Shown piece after piece: positions 61,901-64,000 of a stretch of 64,000 bases of DNA; the first letter of the stretch is position 1; each line of letters opens with the position of its first letter. The notes beneath the pieces were generated by a model. That model searched no databases and had not been told where the DNA came from. It saw only the letters and a list, made by a program, of their open reading frames with translations. The translations under genes were made by a program, and so were the position numbers. Source of the stretch: Acidimicrobiia bacterium (lineage in GTDB: Bacteria > Actinomycetota > Acidimicrobiia > Spongiisociales > UBA5794); contig JASJDZ010000003.1 in assembly GCA_030065575.1 (NCBI GenBank), positions 1,562 through 65,561 on the forward strand, given 5' to 3'.

Positions 61901-64000
61901 TGAGTGAGTCGGTGTCGCTGACCGGGGTGGAGTCGGGATCAACGGCATCGACAGTCGCGGTGTTGTCGATCTGGCCGGTGTCGACATCGGTCTGGGTGAC
62001 CACGTACTCGGCGCTACAAGTCAGCGTTGCCCCCGGCGTGAGCACGGCCGGCTGAGCCGGAACACAGGTCAGCGCACCCAACCCGGGCATCGGGTCCGAA
62101 ATCACCGTATTCGACAGCGTCACGTTGCCTGTGTTGGTGGCCTCGAACTGATATGTGAGGGTGTCATCGCGAGTGACGCCGCCGGAACCGTCCTCATCGT
62201 CGTTGCCAACAAGCGTCTTCTCCAGCGTAATTGACGGTGTCTGGGCGACGAGAACCTGCTCGTCGTCGGTGTCGGAAACAAGTGTGGAGTCGGGAGAGAA
62301 GCCTTCGGCCGTGGCCGTGTTGACTATCTGGCCAAGATCGATGTCGGTCTGAGTCACCGAGTAGGTAGCCGAACATGAGATGGTCTCGCCGGGAAGCAGC
62401 ACCGCGGGCGCAGCCGGCGTGCAGGTGAGAGCACTGAGCCCTGACATCGGATCGACAATGCGGACCGCAGAGAGCGTCACATCGCCGGTGTTGGTCGCAA
62501 CGAACTCGTAGGTCAGAGTGTCGGCGATCGACACGCCACCGGAGCCGTCTTCATCTGCGTTGGCCGTCATGTTCTTGGTCAGGCTGATCGCCGGGCCGGT
62601 GACAACCGGTTCGGCTACTGCGTCGTCGTCGGTCACCACCGTGCCGTGCGGGTCGGTACCGGCGGCCTCAGCAGTGTTGATGACGAATCCGGCATCCGCA
62701 TCGGCCAGATCGACGACATGACTCCCCGTGCAGGTCGTGCTCTCCCCCGGTGCCAGGATGGTGATGGGACAGGTCACCACACCAACCAGAGGGTCGGTCA
62801 CGCCAACCGAAGAGAGCGTGACGTTGCCCGTGTTGGCAACCAGGAAGTCATAGCTGAGCGTGTCGCCAACGGTGACAGTGCCGGATCCGTCCTCGTCCGC
62901 ATTGCCCGACATGGACTTGGTGAGCTGGATCTCCGGTTCGGGCGGAATCAACACCGAGTGATCATCTGAGTCCGAAACGTCATCACCTGTATTGCCCGGG
63001 TCACCGCCCGGGCGCTCGGCGACGACGGTTGCCGTGTTGTCAACTGACCCTGAATCGACATCGACCTGCGTGACGGTGTAGGTGGCGATGCACGCCATGG
63101 TTCCGCCGACAGTGAGCGACGATCCCGAGGCCGGCATACAGGACAGGGCGCTCATTCCGGGTAGCGGATCTGTGACTGCGACCAGGTCGAGGGTGACGTC
63201 GCCATCGTTGCTGGCGACGAATCGGTACGTCAGGGTGTCACCGGCGGAGACGTTGCCCGAGCCGTCCTCATCTGCGTTGCTAAAAAGGCTCTTGACGAGA
63301 ACGATGGAGGGATTCTGGTGAGGCGAGACCAACTCGCTGTCGGAGTCGGTTACCGGGTTGCCGGACGGATCGTCGGCCGTGACGGTTGCTGTGTTGGCGA
63401 TCGAACCGGCGTCGACGTCAGGCTGGGTCACCGAGTAGCTGGCGCTGCAGGTCATCGCCGCGGCAGGAGCAAGTGTCGCTTGCGGACAGGTGACGGTGCC
63501 GCCGGTGAGCGGATCGTCCAGGACGATGCTCGCTAGCGTCACATCGCCGGCATTGGTAACGACGAAGTCGTAGGTGAGCGTGTCCCCGACCGACACATCG
63601 CCGCTCGCATCCTCATCGGCATTGCCAGCGAGCGACTTGCTGAGATCAATGGAAGGGTTCTGGGCGGTCGAGGTCGTCACCCCATCGCTGTCGGTGACCG
63701 AGCCGCCCCCACCGCTGTCGTCACCGATCGCGGTAGCTGTGTTGACTACCTCTCCAGCGTCGACGTTGGCCTGAGTCACAACGTAGGTGGCGGTGCACGT
63801 CATCGCCTCGGTGGGAGCAAGCGACGAGCCGGCGACCGGTGCACATGACAACGCGCTCATTCCCGCAAGCGGATCGGTGATGGTGACGTTGTCCAGCCCG
63901 ACATCGCCGTCGTTTGTAGCCACAAACGTATACGTGAGCGTGTCGCCGAGGCTCACGTCGCCACTGGCATCCTCATCGGCGTTTCCGGTCAGTGACTTGG
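52992..64000 (-). CDS. Giant repetitive cell-surface protein (DUF11-like Ig repeats, SdrD-B-like domain, LPRTG sorting signal); 5' end outside the window
   Basis: Frame open to the window edge; C-terminal LPRTG + TM + RRS; 17 DDGDQSEDDE repeats plus 7 N(A/D)DEDxSG repeats. Confidence 0.93.
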   Translation of the reverse strand, partial: KSLTGNADEDASGDVSLGDTLTYTFVATNDGDVGLDNVTITDPLAGMSALSCAPVAGSSLAPTEAMTCTATYVVTQANVDAGEVVNTATAIGDDSGGGGSVTDSDGVTTSTAQNPSIDLSKSLAGNADEDASGDVSVGDTLTYDFVVTNAGDVTLASIVLDDPLTGGTVTCPQATLAPAAAMTCSASYSVTQPDVDAGSIANTATVTADDPSGNPVTDSDSELVSPHQNPSIVLVKSLFSNADEDGSGNVSAGDTLTYRFVASNDGDVTLDLVAVTDPLPGMSALSCMPASGSSLTVGGTMACIATYTVTQVDVDSGSVDNTATVVAERPGGDPGNTGDDVSDSDDHSVLIPPEPEIQLTKSMSGNADEDGSGTVTVGDTLSYDFLVANTGNVTLSSVGVTDPLVGVVTCPITILAPGESTTCTGSHVVDLADADAGFVINTAEAAGTDPHGTVVTDDDAVAEPVVTGPAISLTKNMTANADEDGSGGVSIADTLTYEFVATNTGDVTLSAVRIVDPMSGLSALTCTPAAPAVLLPGETISCSATYSVTQTDIDLGQIVNTATAEGFSPDSTLVSDTDDEQVLVAQTPSITLEKTLVGNDDEDGSGGVTRDDTLTYQFEATNTGNVTLSNTVISDPMPGLGALTCVPAQPAVLTPGATLTCSAEYVVTQTDVDTGQIDNTATVDAVDPDSTPVSDTDSLTTPIEGSPTITLVKHLDANADEDGSGDVSVGDTLTYSFDVANTGDVSLTNVTVSDPLPGLGAITCAPAQGSTLAPGGTMACTAPYTVTAADATTGQVTNTATVVGLAPAGTPTSDTDTETVLTARADLSLFKSASDINPNVGDTITYVLTLVNDGPDTATNVAVADVLPAGLAYETGSIAGGSTQDASAVPTLIWTVASIPASTSINLTYAATVQAPSGAPDEYLNVAQVTASAALDPDSTPDNDDGDQSEDDETNETVTPQAADLSLAKTVSDATPDVGQTVTFTITISNAGPNDATGVAVADSVPDGYTNIVNVSSGGSAVGSTVTWSGLTVPAGGTTAVTFDAEVLAPTADYDNTAEVTASDQRDPDSAPDNDDGDQSEDDEDGAGVTPLQADLSLVKTVSDASPNVGDTVTFTITVSNGGPDDATGVDIEDVVPAGYSAITNISDGGSEAGGVISWTGLAVAAGGSTAVTFDVTVAAPTGAPGEYVNVAEVVDSDRYDPDSTPDNDDGDQSEDDEDATAVVPQEADLSLVKSVSDSAPLVGEVVTFTLSVSNAGPDDATGVSLADTVPNGYASIGSISDGGLAVGNVVTWSGLSVPAGGSTSVTFQAEVQAPPAAYLNMAEVTASDQFDPDSTPNNDDGDQSEDDEDNVGLLPTEADLELSKTVSDATPGVGDTVTFTITVVNLGSDDASGIAVVDDVPSGYTNVANVSGGGIAAGSTVTWSGLAISSGGSIILTFEADVVAPTGAPSEYVNVAEVTASDQFDPDSTPNNDDGDQSEDDEDSASVVPEVADLELTKSVSNATPNVGDTVTFTITVANFGPDDVAGVAVEDVVPSGFSGIGSISNGGGVVGNTVTWSGLSITALDTVILTFDAVVDPPTGAADEYKNVAEVTGSDRFDPDSTPDNDDGDQSEDDEDAVSAVPQLIDLSLTKTVSDPSPSVGDVVTFTVTVANAGPDTATGVAVEDSVPDGFSAIGSISNGGSAVGSAVTWSGLTIASGGSVVLTFEATVEAPPADYTNVAEVTAADQYDPDSTPNNDDGDQSEDDEDAVSAIPQLIDLSLTKTVSSPSPNVGDVVTFTVTVSNAGPDSATGVSVEDSVPDGFSSIAAISNGGSAVGSTVAWSGLVIAAGGSVDLTFAATVEAPPAGYSNVAEVTAADQYDPDSTPGNDDGDQSEDDEDAASLMPQQVDLSLAKTVSDPSPNVGDVVTFTVTVSNAGPDAATTVAVEDAVPSGFSSIGSISNGGSAVGNTVTWSGLTVVSGGSVDLTFEATVEAPPADFTNVAEVTAADQYDPDSTPDNDDGDQSEDDEDSAILVPQQIDLSLAKSVSNASPNVGDVVTFTVTVSNVGPDIATGVAVEDAVPDGFSGIAAISNGGSAVGSTVTWSGLTIAAGGSMDLTFAATVEAPPADFTNVVEVIAADQYDTDSTPNNDDGDQSEDDEDAASLVPQQIDLSLTKTVSDPSPNVGDVVTFTVTVANAGPDSATGVAVEDVVPSGFSGIGAISNGGSAVGSVVTWSGLTIAAGGSMDLTFAATVEAPPADYANVAQVTAADQYDQDSTPGNDDGDQSEDDEDSASAVPQRVDLSLAKAISDASPNVGDTVTFTVTVSNAGPDIATGVAVEDAVPDGFSAIGSISNGGSAAGNTVTWSGLTIASGGSIDLTFQATVEAPPADYTNVAEVTAADQYDPDSTPSNDDGDQSEDDEDSAGAVPRQIDLSLTKAVSDPSPNVGDVVTFTVTVANAGPAAATDVAVEDAVPSGFSAIGSISNGGSEAGNTVTWSGLTIGPGGSLDLTFEATVEAPPAGYTNVAEVTAADQYDPDSTPNNDDGDQSEDDEDAAVASPLEADLDLAKTVSNAAPNVGDVVTFTITVTNFGPSDATGVSVDDVVPSGFSNIGSISGGGSAVGSTVTWSGLTIASGGSATLTFQATVEPPTGTPGEYVNTAEVTSADQFDPDSTPGNDDGDQSEDDEDAASLVPQQIDLSLTKTVSDATPNVGDVVTFTITATNAGPDNATGVAVADVVPAGYSSIGAASGGGVVVVNTVTWLGLSIPAGDSVVLTFAATVEAPPADYANFAEVIAADQYDTDSTPNNDDGDQSEDDEDSASVVPQQIDLSLAKTVSDPSPNVGDVVTFTVTVANAGPDTATGVAVEDVVPSGFSSIGSISNGGSAVGSTVIWSGLTIGAGGSVDLTFEATVEAPPADFTNVAEVTAADQYDPDSTPGNDDGDQSEDDEDAAGLVPQQIDLEVSKSVDDATPPLGATVVYTINVTNRGPNDATGVDITDALPSGVGGISSISNAGVLAGGTITWADLSIGAGATIALTFEAVVGPVSGIPGEHENTVQVSAADQFDPDSTPGNDDGDQSEDDESAASISPAIIGLAKAVSSVVSLGDGTYTVTYLLTVENLGSVTLVDILLTDDVLGQFSGLDPSSPIAIDGSLTANPSWDGSASANVLAAGQSLDPGETGTVSISVVLTPGADMGPHDNTADVSGETPSGSTVTDQSTDGIDPDSDGDDSDGTVDDDDDPGEDDPTPVSFSEAPLLGLAKSGPVDPMSNGDGSFDVSYTLTVANLGDVVLSGVQVVDDLAATYADAVAWSLVGVSSIELDVSPTFDGMTDTALLTGADTMDPGATATVVIDLIVEPGADLGTYWNTATGTATSPAGTTVGDVSQNGTDIDPDANGDPTDNNDPTPTSFPALGSVSGTVWNDADADTAIGAGENGIGGIPVQLIDPGPDGVIGGGDDSVVAAVVTSPDGSFVFVDVPAGDYVVVVDSAGFPDPMLQTFDPDLTLDHNTPVSVVSGADSADNDFGYVGMFNLVLTKTVAGDQQRGGLVAFTITVRNEGPARALGPITVTDTVPDELPVAALDNEGWDCVAAGQDVTCVLAGDLDPGASATITVSATVAVDFGSEATNTAVVEVTGPVPEVDISDNADSASVAVDELPRTGADLGRIALLGLLLLAIGSTLVRATARRS
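54790..61530 (-). repeat. 17 tandem intragenic repeats of 393 or 402 bp
   Basis: DDGDQSEDDE-coding block recurs every 131 or 134 codons (counted by eye). Confidence 0.9.

Overview
GC-rich chromosomal window, most likely from an Acidimicrobiia-type actinobacterium. That assignment is inferred from gene content (F420-type LLM oxidoreductases, nucS, Eis, PASTA-PBP1, family-5 UDG) and from widespread leaderless starts. It is mostly housekeeping: cell wall (PBP1A, SLT, M23, DUF4015), lipoate/2-oxoacid dehydrogenase (lpdA, E2, a LipB-LipA fusion), tkt, pepA, an acyl-CoA mutase with isobutyryl-CoA mutase residues, DsbB plus two thioredoxin-like proteins, NAD salvage, a SUF system split into three loci with two sufC, and a 5'-truncated giant (>3650 aa) LPxTG-type DUF11 repeat surface protein. 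I saw no rRNA, tRNA, CRISPR array, integrase or transposase. The most unusual signal is at 47634-47891, where two extra copies of the nucS 3' end (one nearly identical, one synonymously recoded) alternate with related hairpin modules. Other leads are a shared operator-like motif at two suf loci, a GGACG-repeat cluster resembling CsrA-binding RNAs, a C-rich-loop hairpin, DosR-like boxes, an unannotated 29-aa membrane peptide and a frameshifted arginase-family gene. All calls come from reading motifs by eye; no database searches were run.
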